From Vicugna vicugna (taxonomy: Eukaryota), in assembly GCA_013265495.1 (NCBI GenBank), contig MU057959.1:385202-438688 (forward strand): 53,487 bases of DNA. The letters run 5' to 3'. Positions 37,548 to 49,965 of the stretch are shown in pieces. Position 1 is the stretch's first letter. Each line of letters starts with the position of its first letter. The translations under genes and the position numbers were made by a program. The notes below the pieces were generated by a model. The model worked only from the letters and a program-made list of their open reading frames with translations, did not search any database and had not been told where the DNA came from.

Positions 37548-37862
37548 AAAAGTTCTGCCTGATGCCACGGTGCTGAATTCGTGTCGCTATCCCTTTGTCC
37601 AAACCCATAAAACCCACCACGTCAACAGCAAACCCTAATGTAAACTGTGGACCTTGGGTCATGACCACGTGGCTCTTTAGGGTCATCAACTGTAGCAAAG
37701 GTACGATCTGCAGAGGGTGATGTTGGTAGCAGGGAGGCCGTGCGTGTGTGCGGGCGGACGGGCACGTGGGAAATCTCTATACCTTCCTCTCGGTTTTCCT
37801 GTGAACCTAACACTGCTCCTAAAAAAAAAAAAACAGTCTATTAAAAAAAAAGAAAGAAAGAA
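37548..37862 (+). mobile_element. L1MC1/2-like 3' end
   Basis: 'tttgtccaaacccata', 'aaccctaatgtaaactgtggac', 'gggaaatctctataccttcc..tgtgaacctaacactgctc' plus an A-rich tail. Confidence 0.85.
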
Positions 37863-40249
37863 ATAGAAAAGTTGGGTCTTTATTTTTTCAAAAGACAAAG
37901 GGAGAGTCAGGTGGATTTTGATCCACGCTCTGAGCAGTTGTCTCTGGGCCACAGTAGGTTGAACACTCAATCTGGACCTATCCGTAGGTTCTGGGTTAGT
38001 TGCTACTTCAGGACGCACAAACGCCGATTCGGCACACCTCGATTCCAGGACCCGGATATAGACCCTTGTACAGCGACCAAAAACTCTTCTCAAAATAGCT
38101 CTCCCCCAACTTGCACCTGGGTCACCAGTAAGAGACCTTTCCTGGGAGCGATGCCCTGGTTCTCCTCTAAGAGCAGGTCTTGATCAAAGACAGCATCCTT
38201 TATGTTTTCTTCCATCCCTGTTCCTTCTAAAGGATAGCTCCTTCTAGGAAGACGTATTTCCTTGGTCCTAGTGATCGGCCCAGGTGACGGCAACCTGGAC
38301 TGGATCTCACCAGCATCTCATAAAGCTCACTTACTTCTCACACATGGACGTCCGCCCTCCTTGCTCTAGCAGGACTGAGAGGAGTCATTCAAGTGTAATT
38401 CAAACCACCCCCCTCCCCACCCCCTGGTTAGATTATTCTGTCTTCTTCTCTCCTAGATGTAGGAGAAGCAGACAACGAGATTGAACCTTTCCCCACCATG
38501 CACTCATTTAATCTTTGCACCTTAGATGAACGTCCTGTACTCCTACAGATGCAATGATGCAGGACAGGTCTCCATTCTGTTGATGAAGTTGACTATCAGA
38601 GGAATTTTGTGCCTGGGGGTGAACTGACTTGGATTCTGTGATGGACAGTTGACTTTGTGTTTGGAGAGAAGGTTAGAGGGGCTGCTTGCAGAGTCAGAAT
38701 ACCACCAGCCATTCCTGAGTGGAATGGGAAGCTCACCCTCACAGGGGTCATGTCTCACCTCTGGAAGGGTCATAGGTAGCGGAACAACTCCCTAAGTACG
38801 AATGAATATGAGAATTATCCCGCAGGCAACTAAAACGTGTCAGCGCTTTAACAGAGCGCAGCCAAGGGACTCAGCTGTTCAGGACGGGAAGTGAATGGAA
38901 ACAGTTCCACGTAAAACGGAGTTGACGGGGCAGGAGGTCATTACGCAATCTGGAGCTGGTCCGTGGATTCAGGGGTGAGATTTTCCCACTAGTAGTTAGG
39001 AAATTGAGATTGAAAAAAAAAAAAAAAGTCCTCCAGAGATAAGACTTTGAAATCAAGAAGGAATAGGAGTTCTCCTTTAAAAAAAGTACTGGCTGACCCC
39101 ATTTCAGTGCGTACCTGTAAAGATATTCTGTGTCCATCAGTAGGAACACCGTGCTGCTTAGCTAAAAATGGACATAGAAACAGAGACCCAGCCAACAGTC
39201 ACCATTTCATACGTGCGTTCCGTTTACAAAGCATTGTGAGTGTCTGGGAGGCGGTGTACATCTGGTCTCGTAAGGCAGTTGAGCCCACCTCACCAAGTCT
39301 GTGTTCATGGGCAAACAAATCAAGTTAGCATTTCAGTTGCCACGTGAGTCCGTCTGCTGATGGAGAATGCCATACTTTTAGGTTTTCCTTTAATATTCCA
39401 CTTGGAGTGAGAGGCGCACGTTGTTAATGGATATTTCTGCCTTCTAGTCTTTTTCAGTCTTGGTCCTGGGTTGTTTTGAAGCTCCTGCCTCTGTTTGATG
39501 GCTGTGTTCACCGTACATTTATAGACTTAGGCTTCTGAGTCTTCATGGTTGAGGACCAGTGCCTGTAACATAATGCAATCGATTCTTAGGAAATAATCCA
39601 AGACACACTCTTAATGACATACTACTTGTTCATATAGATATTTTACGCTTTTGGAATGTCTTTGGCTCGATATATAGAATAAACGAGGGAAAATGTGCGA
39701 TGAGGTTCTTTGTTCCTGCAGCCAAAACCCGTATATTGAGTATTGCTCAGATGCAGGAATGAAGGGTGATGTGTGCTACCCGAGCAATTTAACAGATTGT
39801 GTAGTTAAATTGTGCTTAGGTTACAAGATTCTCTGTCCTTTTAAATATATGCATATAGTCAACATTATTTAAAGACACAGATGCAAAGAAAACGTGTAAT
39901 TTTCAAGGGCGCACGAGGAATTCAGGTCGGTGGTGTCATAATTCATAGACTCACGTTGGTGAGTACTTCTGGGTGAAGGTATAAATATATATCAAGGGCC
40001 TTTATATATTATATATTATATACAAATAACATTTGACGCTGCCCAGATGTTAAAGTGCATAATTTCTTCCCACCTTGTGAGGCACTTACATATATTTTCT
40101 TGCCTTCAGCCCTGCCACCACTGGCACCAACAGCCAGATTCTCAGCTAAGGAAAAGAGCAGTGGTTTGGGCTTCAGAATGTCTCAAACGTTTTCGGCTAT
40201 TGGTGTTCCCTGTTTCCATCCCCAAACCGTAGATACTTCATAAACATTA

Positions 40250-40460
40250 TCCAGCTGTTTATCAGCACTTGTCTGAAAGAAGTTTCTCTGTGAAGCTGGC
40301 TCTGTGCCTTTGTGGAAAATGAATGGCTCGTGTCTGGGCGGGTCCTCCTCTGAGCTCTCTCTGCAAGCTGCACACTGTATTGTTTACCCTCATTTCAAAG
40401 TGAAGTCTTAAAATTATGTGAAGTCCTTCAACTTTGTTCTTTTACATTTGGTTATCCCAA
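40250..40460 (-). mobile_element. Old L1M ORF2 fragment
   Basis: 'cctttgtggaaaatgaatgg', 'aagtcttaaaatt..gtccttcaactttgttct' are antisense-ORF2-like. Confidence 0.6.
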
Positions 40461-40751
40461 AATATGGGATGAGCATGACTAGTCTGTATTTATTTTGATT
40501 CAGCTCAAATTTAATTGCTTTCTACGCTACTCTAGACAGATTTACCAATGTGGATTCTTACCTATTGGGTTGCACTTATTAATTTTTTTTTTCAAAATTC
40601 ATTCTGTTTAATCTGACCTTTCATTTTATTTAATCTTGACTATCTGAAGGAAATTGTTTTTGCATTCATTTGCATGTAAGTCCGCCCAACATTGAAATAT
40701 TTGAAAAACATTGAAAATGTGAATCCTCAGCTTTGTAATCTGGCCCTTACA

Positions 40752-41703
40752 TTTCTTATTTTAATTGATTTTTTTATTGAGGTATAGTTGATTTGTAACA
40801 TTATGTTTCAAGTGTACAACACAGTGGTTCACAGTTTTTGAAAATTATACTCCATTTGTAGTTATTATAAAATATTGGCTGTCTTCCCTGTGTTGTACAG
40901 TGTATCCTTGTACCTTATTTATTTTATACATAGTAGTTTTTAGCTCTTACTCCCGGAACCCCATCTTGCTTCTCCCTGCTCCTTGCTGGTCACCACTAGC
41001 TTGTTTTCTGTGTCTGTGAGTCTGTTTCTATTTGGTTGTATTCATGGTTTTCTTTTTCAGGTTACACTTTAGAAGTGATATCATATCGTATTTGTCTTTC
41101 TCTGTCTGACTTATTTTACTCAGCATAATGCCCTCCGGGTCCATCCATGTTGCTGCAAATGGCATTATTTCACTCTTTTTTATGGCTGTATAGTATTCCT
41201 TTGTATGTATGTATGTACGTACACACACATGTATTTTTTCTTTTTTAGTTAAAAGTTTTAATGTAGTTCCCAAATACATTTCATAGGTGTATCTTCTTTA
41301 TCCAGTCCTCTGTTGCTGGACACTGAGGTTGCTTCCATGTCTTGGCTGCTGTAAACACTGGGGTGCAGGTATCTTTTCAAATTACAGGTTTTCTCCAGAT
41401 AATACCCAAGAGTGGGATTGTTGAGTTGTATGTTAACTCTACTTTTAATTTTTTGAGGCACCTCCATGCTATTCTCCATAGTGGCTTCCCCGGCTGACAT
41501 TCCCGCCAGCTGTGTACTGGGGTTCCCTGTTCTCCTCATCCCGGCCACCATTTGTTCTTTGTGTTCTTTCTGAGGGCCAGCCATTCTGACAGGTGTGAGG
41601 TGACATCTGACTGGTTCTTACTTGCATTTCCCTGATGATTAGTGACGCTGAGCATGTTTTCATGTGCATGCTGGCCATCTGTGTGTCTTTGGAAAAACCT
41701 ATG
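40752..41703 (-). mobile_element. 5'-truncated LINE-1 3' end (more diverged)
   Basis: ORF 41028-41279 ([20 protein letters not shown]) and ORF 41469-41732 (HMKTCSASLIIREMQ) are ORF2 pieces; T-tail. Confidence 0.92.
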
Positions 41704-41854
41704 AATAGTTTTTGAAAATTGCTGAGTTGCAATTGATGTGTGTAGATAAACTTGCACGTGCCATTTACACACTACATATGTATAGTCTCCTGACGTACGT
41801 GTACCAGACTCCTTGAAGCCCCTGGTCCCCTCCTACTGGTGACTGACCTTCAGG

Positions 41855-42290
41855 TGTACGCGTGAAGGGCCACGTCCAGTCAGGGTAACAGAAACCTCGC
41901 TGCAGGTTTCAGAAGAGGGGGCTGGCAGAAGGGACTGACCAGAGAGGTGATACACAGCTGCACAGAACAGCCACTGAGGACAGCACAGCCCGTGAAGGTG
42001 AGGCTCAGACAGAACCCCGGGGATCAGCGCTCCGCGGGCACCGTGCTGCATCCGAGCCTGAGCGATGGGGGTCCTGTCGGAAGCCGGGCCTGCGGGAGCC
42101 AAAGCCCACAGCCAAGAGGAGGAAAGGCACCCTTGGGCTTCTCCTCCCCACCCTCAGGGTCCCTTCAGTGCCTGCCCTTCTGTGACGCAGGGAAAAGCCG
42201 CCGGTCACGCCGTGGTCTCATCTACCAGGTGCGTTGCAGGTTGCAGAGGAGCGCCGGGGAGACCTGTGGGCCCTTCTCACCTGCTGTCAG
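41855..42290 (-). mobile_element. LTR33-like ERVL solo LTR
   Basis: 'gtccagtcagggtaacagaaacc', 'ggtgaggctcagacag', 'ggcttctcctccccaccctcag..cagtgcctgccc' follow antisense LTR33. Confidence 0.6.
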
Positions 42291-44414
42291 TCCAGCGGCC
42301 GGGCCCTCCAGGTAGACGCCACGCGGCGAGTCAGGAAACCAGAACACCCAGCGGAGGCTGTCTCGACCCACCGGCGCCGGAAATTTGATCAGACAGGAGG
42401 TTGGGGAGGAAACGGGGCAGGACAGCTGGGCAAATTCGAAGTACTTTTCTCCATATCTCGTCCCAGAAGTCTTCCCTGCTCCTGAGATGTGGCTCCGTGG
42501 AAGACAGTGGTGGTTTTCCTGAGTTAAGAGACAGCAGTTTTTAACAGCTGGGCTGCAAACCCATCCCCTCGCTGCAGACTCCTGACTCCACCTGTATCAC
42601 CGGCCGCAGGTCCTCCCATCAGCGCTTGGTCAGGACAACCTCAGGGCTGTGCCTAACTTTGGATGCTGTGGATCTGGGGACCCTGGGAACCGTGACTTGC
42701 TTCCTTCACCTTTTTTGCACCCTTTTCCATTCAAGTCTTGCTTCTCACCCCAGGAGGACAAGAAAAATCAGCAAACGAATCAAGTGAAGGTCTGTTTTGG
42801 GGATGCTGCCGGGAAGCTGAATCACCCCCCCCTCAAAAAAAACCCAAAAAGAGGTACTTGAGCAAATCTCTAAAAACACCATTTCAAAGCAGCTTTATTA
42901 TTTTGGAGGGACAGGAGCCGACATCCCCCCCAGGGTCCTTGGGAACGCGAAATGTTAATGTGAGAGACAGCAGAACAGGATAAAGAAATTCTGAAAGGTG
43001 GGGATGTGTGACTTCCTCCCACTGATGGAAGGAACCCATTTTTGAAAGGAGATGGCAGATTTTAATCTCTCTTCTGCTACAGTGTTTTGCATTCGATTTG
43101 TGTTAATAACACTCTGACCCAACATACTGACGTGTGCAGCCTTGTCTGGGGTGACTGACAGCTTGGGTGATGCATGCTAGTCACCCCCTCCATCCAAACC
43201 AAACTTTGACGGGTGCTTTTCGGCAACTCCTTTTAAATTCAGGGAACATGAGGCTTGTTTTCCTCTGAAATCTGGCTTCTGAGAGACGTAGTGATGGAGA
43301 AACGAATGGCTGAACCTCTGGCTCCATAGACAGAGGTGGTTGTCAGCAGGAATGTGTCCCTGAAAACGCAGAATCTATCCTGTGCGACTCCAAGGAGGTT
43401 AAATTCAGTTTGCATAAAACAATTTTTGTTTTAAATGACAGTTCGGGGCCACCTGTGGGTTATAACGCTCATTTGCCGGTTCGGCTACAGTCAGCCCGTT
43501 TAATTTACAATGCGTCCCTCCTCACCACCGAAACACAGAATGTTTTCTTGTGTAATGAGACCACTTATCAATGAGATGAAGGAGAAATGGGACACAGTGA
43601 TGAGTGCTCAGTGTCAGGCATCCGTGGTTGCTATAACCACAGGATTCCTCACATCTTTCTTTTAAATATCACCCTTGTTGCATGTGATTTTGTTGAATTC
43701 CTGCATCTTCCTCCAGCAAAAATTGCTAAGATTTGTAAGACGGGAAGGACTTCCTTTCTGGAACTTCACGGGGAACCTGAACGTAGTCGGTGTCAGTCCT
43801 GTGTCCCGACGTAAGGAAAACCCCTGAGACGTGTCTGTTAAGAAATGTAAGTTCTGTGCAGGCTGAGGTTTTTTCAAAGTCAAAGGTCAATTTTTTTTCC
43901 ATACAGTGCAGGACCCTGTTTTAGGAAACCTTGCTCAAAGAAAAATAAAAATTTGGTGAAAGAAAGAAGCTATTTGATGAAAACAGACCCTGAGTATAGC
44001 AAAAGAAAGCTTTTTTTTTTTTTTTGTCCTGAATTGCACATCAAAATACTACACTGCTTGGAAATTGTGTTCCCTTTAATTCCAGAGAAAGTTTCTGTGG
44101 CCTCCCTGGTATAGAGCCAGGACTCTTACTGCTGCTGGCCGAGCCTCACGGAGAAGCCCCAAAAGAAAGGCTTTCGACTCAACTGTCTGACAGTGTAGAT
44201 TCGGAAACGCTCGGCAGTGTGGTCACAGATGAATGACCAGCCAGGCCCTTTCTTTATTTTACAATTAAAGGGTGTCCCAAATGCGATGTGCTCGGCGCAG
44301 AGGGTTACTAATAACGCTAATTCGAACGCTTCGGGAAATGCATTCCGTGGGAAGGAGTCCTTGAATTGCATAGAACCCAGAGAAATGCGTAAACCAAGAT
44401 TCCTGCTTTCAAAT

Positions 44415-44616
44415 TGTCGGTCTGTAAAACAGACGAACAGCAAGGTCCTACTGTGCAGCACGGGGAACTGTATTCAATGTCTTGTAGTAACCTGCAATAA
44501 AAGATATAGATATATAGGTGTATAACTGAATCCCCTTGCTGTACACCCGAAGTTAACACAGCATTCTGAATCAACTCGACTTCAATTTGAGACTTTTTTT
44601 TTTAAATAAAATTAAA
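44415..44616 (+). mobile_element. LINE-1 3' tip
   Basis: 'aacagcaaggtcctactgtgcagcacggggaactgtattcaat..tgtataactgaatc..cttcaatt'. Confidence 0.9.
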
Positions 44617-44775
44617 GATAGCTCAGGGGTAGAGCGTGTGCTTGGCAAGCACGAGGTCCTGGGCTCAACCCCCAGTACCTCCACTAAAAAAGAAAAAAAT
44701 AAACCTAATTAATAAATCATAAATAAAATAATAAATAATAATAAATACTACTAATAATAAATATAATAAAAAAAG
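44617..44775 (+). mobile_element. tRNA-Ala-derived SINE, 5'-clipped, in the L1 tail
   Basis: 'atagctcaggggtagagcgtgtgcttggcaagcacgaggtcctgggctcaacccccagtacctcca' plus a long (AAT)-rich tail. Confidence 0.9.
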
Positions 44776-46036
44776 AAGGTGCAGGAGGTAAAAAAGCAAC
44801 TGATGTGTTTGCCCGTTTCCGTGAACACACACATGACCTCTGTTCACAAACGTGAGGAGCTGTGCTTGGCAACGGGCTAACACAACTTGCATTCCTTTTG
44901 TCTCGGTCACAATCACACTCAGAAGGAGGCCCTGTGCCTCTGCGTGGCCCGAGCCTTAGGCAGTTGCAGTAAGTAAGCCGTTACAGAGTTATATCAGGCA
45001 GACTCAAAATTTGGGGACACTGCCGACACTGACCCCAGCCTTAGCCGCATTATTTTCCAGAACGTTCCTGTCTTTTTTCTTTTCACTGAGCTCAGTTAGA
45101 AGGATCTCCTCCCTCCCAAAACAGGACTCCTGCACACACAACTTCTAATTAATGCCATTATTTACCTTCAGGTGCAAAGGGATCTGAGCTGGAGTCACAC
45201 CCGCCCAGGGAAAGGCTCTGTTAAGACACGCACTCTTGGCCATTGACCCTCACGGTACCGACCCCTCTGCACACACACACCCCCCCACCACCACGTTAGG
45301 CGTCCACACTTAACAGAGCTGTGAAAACCAAGTTAGACCCTGAAAACTTGACAAAGAGGAGAACGCACGGGCCCGCCGATCATCAATAAACAAAATCCTA
45401 AAAAGGCGCAGTCCGTGAGGGTGTGCCCTGCGTTCACAAACCAAGTGCTGATTTGTATCCTTAATCGCGACTCCCCCCTGCTATGACACGGGTCCTCCTC
45501 AACCCCCGAAACTGCCTCTCCCCACCTGTAAAAGCCTCGTCTTCTTTGTCTTCTGCTCACTTGGATGCACCAGTTGGCAGGACCTGTTTGGTTTTGCTGT
45601 TGCCACTTCTGACTTGATTTACTTTTATCATCAGTGGGCTTTTTCCCCTCGTTTGCAACGTGATGTATCCATTGCAGGAAGGTCTCCTCCCTGTCTGCCT
45701 TTATGCAGGGTTCATGCCTCCCAACTCAGGCATTTCTGTAGGAATAGATACATTCTGTAGGGTGTGTGTATATATATATATAAATATATAAATATATATA
45801 ATATATTTTTCATAATCAATATCTGCCTAAATTGTATTTAAAACATTCCACCCTGTTACTGTATTTTTAGTAATTATTGAATGTTTTGTTCATCCACTTA
45901 AGGGTACCCCTGCAGACAAGACCTAAAACTGCAGAAAATCGGAAAGATCCAAACATGGTAAGCTTAGAAAATGCACACTTTGGATCTCATGTGTGGTGCA
46001 TTAATAAAGGCTCTGAAATGTTAAAAATATTTATTT

Positions 46037-46072
<36 letters not shown>

Positions 46073-46354
46073 GTGTGGCACTATGTGTGTGTATTTGGAA
46101 GTCTGTACCCTGCAGAAGGAGAAAAAACTCACATTTCTCTCTCCAGGCACACGTGAGAGGAACGAATCCTACCCTCTCCAGCTCCAGATGCAGACCGTGA
46201 TGACTTCACATGCATTTTCATGTAGGGGAGACACACACACACAGGGGTCCAGAATATATTACAAATAATTCCAAGTAATTCCCATGGTCCATTGTCTTGG
46301 TGGCTGTTGGCTCTTCCAACTGGTTACAAAACTTTCTAGCCTGCAGCCTCCTTA

Positions 46355-46428
46355 ACCCAAGCGATGGAGGAACATCTGGGTAACATTGTACCCAAGCGAT
46401 GCTGGCACATCTGGGTGAAACTGTACCC
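46355..46428. repeat. 35-bp tandem duplication
   Basis: 'acccaagcgatg..gg.acatctgggt....tgt' at 46355 and 46390. Confidence 0.85.
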
Positions 46429-46484
46429 CGTGAGGAGAGGTGTCATCATCCATGCGCAAGCTATCATCTAAATTGGGCTCCTGT

Positions 46485-46770
46485 TCGCTCTTCCATCAAA
46501 TATTTATTGAGTTTCTACCGTACTCAGGTCGCCAGGCAGACAGGTAAGATTGGGGAGCAGAATTAGAGCGAGCCCCCCGACTCCCAGTGGGCACGGCATT
46601 CACTCCTAAGCCCGTAGCGAAGCGTATACGAAAGGGGTGAAAACGTTGTGGAAATCGAAGGGGGACAGCACGTGGCAACTGCAAGATGGGCCGTGCCATG
46701 CGGACCTCCGCTGAAAAGCCGCCTCGAAGCCGGTGGCTTAGGCGTGAGCTCTGAGCAGGGCTTTGGTTCT
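46485..46770 (-). mobile_element. L2 3' end, degraded and CpG-rich
   Basis: 'catcaaatatttattgagtttctac' matches the antisense L2 terminus; downstream similarity is weak. Confidence 0.4.
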
Positions 46771-47340
46771 GGGTGTAGTTGACACGCTGAGGGCCGGCCC
46801 CGCTGGCACAGCCGTTCAGACTGGGGTGCGGGATTGCCGGGGCTGGAACAGGGCATCCACGCCAAGTTCACCAGTTCAAAGGCTCACCTCCAAGGAGAAG
46901 GGACTCGAGCCCTGCCGGCTTCTTGCCCGTCTCAGACACGAGGCAGCCTGTCCTTAGAAGGAGGTGGTCACACACGCGCAGACACCTGTGTTCAGTAACA
47001 TCAAGCAATGACCCAGGACCTCACGCCCTCGAGACTTCGGGCGCCTTTGGAGGGGAAACCCCACGTACAGCGTGTAAATTTATGAGAATCGCCCACTTCC
47101 CTTTCCGTGTGGCCCCCTTCCTGGGACATTGGAAAACAACAACAAACAGGAGCTATTTGGATTTAATTTACAATCTTGAGGATGCATGGTTCTAAGTATC
47201 TCGTCATATCCTAATTCGCAGATCTGCCTCTAACGGCCGACAGACACAGTAAAATAACAGTGTCGACAAATGTATGTGTGACATTTTACCGCATTATGGC
47301 TGCTCATTTTGGCAAGTTTTTAAAAACAAAACATTGCCTC

Positions 47341-48165
47341 CTTTTTTATTTTTGTGCTGCTTTTAAGATTTTAATTGAAGTGTTGTTGATTTACGATGCT
47401 CTGTTAGTTTCAGGCGTACAGCATAGTGATTCAGTTATACACATATATTCTTTTTTAATACGTTGATTTTTTTTTTACTGAGGTGTAGTCTGTTTACAAT
47501 GTGGTGTCAGTTTTTGGTGCACAGCATCATGTTTCAGTCATACATACACATACATATATTCTTTTTAATATTCTTTTCCATTATAGTTTATTGCAGAATA
47601 TTGACTATAGTTCCCTGTGCTGTACAATAGGACCTTGTTGTTTATCTGTTTTATATATAATAGTGTGTATATGTTCATCCCAAACTCCTAATGTTTCCTT
47701 CCCCTTACTTCCGTTTGGTAACCATAAGTTTGTTTTCTATGTCTGTGAGTCTATTTCTGGTTTGTACATAAATTCATTTGTATTATATATTTTTCTTAGA
47801 TTGCACATAGAAGTGGTATCATATGGTATTTTTCTTTCTCTGTCTGGCTTACTTCACTTAGTATGACCATCTCCAGGTCTATCCATGTTGCTGCAAATGG
47901 CATGATTTCATTCTTTTTCATGGCTGAGTAGTATTCCATTATATNNNNNNNNNNNNNNNNNNNNTATATATATATATATATATAGACCACAGCTTCTTTA
48001 TCCAGTCATCTGTTGATGGACATTTAGGCTGTTTCCATGTCTTGGCTATTGTAAATAGTGCTGCTGTGAACATTGGGGTGCAGGTGTCTGTTTGAATTAA
48101 GGTTCCCTCTGGATATATGCCCAGGAGTGGGATTCCTGGGTCATAGATAGGGTAACTACTTTTAA
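47341..48165 (-). mobile_element. Composite LINE-1: short outer 3' tip plus inner L1 (47467-48145)
   Basis: Two successive T-tail + 3'-tip motifs; ORF2 C-terminal ORFs 47796-47990 and 47939-48193; outer TSD aaaacattgcctc at 47328-47340 and 48166-48178. Confidence 0.9.
47945..47964. other. Assembly gap (20 N) inside a (TA)n tract
   Basis: Run of N flanked by TA repeats. Confidence 0.99.
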
Positions 48166-48229
48166 AAAACATTGCCTCTTTGAATTTTTCCAAGAACTCT
48201 TTCTATCTCTTACTTCACAGGAATAATCA

Positions 48230-48617
48230 TGATCTTAAATCGTCCTGGTTGCTGGCAGAATTCAGCTTCTTGCCGTGCTGGGGCGGTGACCCCATGTCCT
48301 CTCTGGCTGGCTGTTAAGGGCTGTCTCCAGCAGGTAGAGGATGCCCCCCACTTCTTATCCAGTGGCTCATTCTTCCCCCAAAAGCCAGCGGTGGTGCATT
48401 GGGTCCTGTTCACGTCAGGTCGCCCGCACTCCCCCACTCTGAAACACCCCGTGATTAGATTTAACTCACCTGGGTAACCTCCCCATCTCAGACCCTTAAC
48501 TTAATGACATCTACCAAATAGGCTGTTTGCTGTGGATCATAAAATGTGCACGCATTCTGGAGGTTCTGGACCTCTTTTTGTGCATGTGTGTGGCGGGGGT
48601 CAGCATTCTCGACCACA
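48230..48617 (-). mobile_element. MaLR solo LTR, MLT1D/E-like (partial)
   Basis: 'ggttgctggcagaattcagcttcttg', 'caaaagccagc', 'gtgattagatt', terminal 'cattctcgaccaca'. Confidence 0.75.
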
Positions 48618-48904
48618 GACAATGTTTTAAATTGAAGGGATGCCTTGTACCGTCCTGGAGGAGCTTGTGAGTTAACCATGATGGTAATGGTGACAGTCAC
48701 ACTGTAAATAGGAGCATAAAGTTCTTGTAGTGACCAGAACGATAGTGTGAAACCTGCTACTTGCTGGGAAGACTTTCTCAGGTAAAGCGTATGTCATGTG
48801 CAATTTAGAGGCACGTCCAGGTCCTGATCAAGCGTGAGATTACGTTTTCTTGGGCGGTGAATTCCTCTCTCTTGAGGGACTTCAGCGTCTCCTCTTCTTG
48901 ATCC

Positions 48905-49000
48905 GCATCCCCTATCTGATGGCCCTTGTCTGATGCAGGTGATGGATGGCCTTGCATCCCCTATCTGATGGCCCTTGTCTGATGCAGGTGATGAATGGCC
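48905..49000. repeat. 49-bp tandem duplication, near-perfect
   Basis: 'gcatcccctatctgatggcccttgtctgatgcaggtgatg(g/a)atggcc' at 48905 and 48954; one mismatch over 47 bp. Confidence 0.97.
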
Positions 49001-49434
49001 CAAGGCCAAGGAGATCACACTGATGGAGGTTACCACCCAGGGTCCATTTCCAAAGTCTTTTTAGTGAGAGGGGAGAATCCTCTGGGATCAGGGACCAGTC
49101 CCCGTTCTGATGGGAGACTCCATCGCTTAGGAAGATGCGCAAACTCTTAGTACCTGGTCGAGGGTGAATAATGGTACCCTGCGGAGGAAGTGATTTCAGC
49201 CAGAGTGGAGGAGAATTCTACGCTGTCAAATGAAGCCCCACCCCAGTTAAAATTTATTAACAGTTCTATTTGCAATTTATATATATACGTATATATATAT
49301 ATATATATATTTAAGTTAAAAAATAAAGGTTTATTGCATGCACTGACTATTGCATAACATTTTCACGTATTTGAAATTGCCTTGAAAACCCAGCTTCCCA
49401 GGGTGGTAATGACTACTTGAGCACGGTGACGTTT

Positions 49435-49820
49435 AGATGAACAAGGATATCACATGTTCCCAGTCAATGACACCCCAGAACGCATTCTTGGGTTTCAGAA
49501 TTGTTCTGAAGTGGTTATCCTTTGTAAATCTCAAACTCCCACATTTATCCCTTCCCGCCCCCTTTCCCTGGTAACCATGAGATTGCTTACTGTGTCTGCG
49601 ATTCTCTTGTTTCTGTTTGGTAGATGAGTTCATTAGGGCCCTCTTTTTTCTTTTTTCTTCTTTTTTAGATTCCACATATGCGTGATATCATATGGTATTT
49701 GTCTTTCTCTTTCTGGCTCACTTCACTTAGAATGATGATCTCCAGGTCCACCCATGTTGCTGCAAATGGCATTGTTATATTTGCAAATGGCATTATTTTA
49801 TTTAGATTTTTTTTAACTGA
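49435..49820 (-). mobile_element. LINE-1 3'UTR/ORF2-end fragment
   Basis: Shares the subfamily motif 'tagatgagttcattag' with the copy at 19518-20193 (both ORFs read LMxSSTKQKQ); 21-bp internal duplication at 49761-49802. Confidence 0.88.
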
Positions 49821-49917
49821 ACATTCATTTATTTATTTATTTTTTGATCTATCTTTGGTTTTTCTTCGGGAACTAGATGAGCCCAGCTGTTGGAGAGGAA
49901 CAGCTGGCAGCGGGCGG

Positions 49918-49965
49918 ATTATCTCAGTCTTGAAAGAGCAATTATCTCAGTCTTGAAAGAGCAAT
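49918..49965. repeat. Perfect 23-bp tandem duplication
   Basis: attatctcagtcttgaaagagca at 49918-49940 and 49941-49963. Confidence 0.97.

Noticed and set aside
44960..45640. Possible additional ERV1-type LTR
   Set aside because: LTR-like composition, but I could not identify family-diagnostic motifs, termini or a TSD.
48905..49965. CRISPR-like direct repeats
   Set aside because: Two-copy abutting duplications without spacers, in mammalian DNA with no cas genes.
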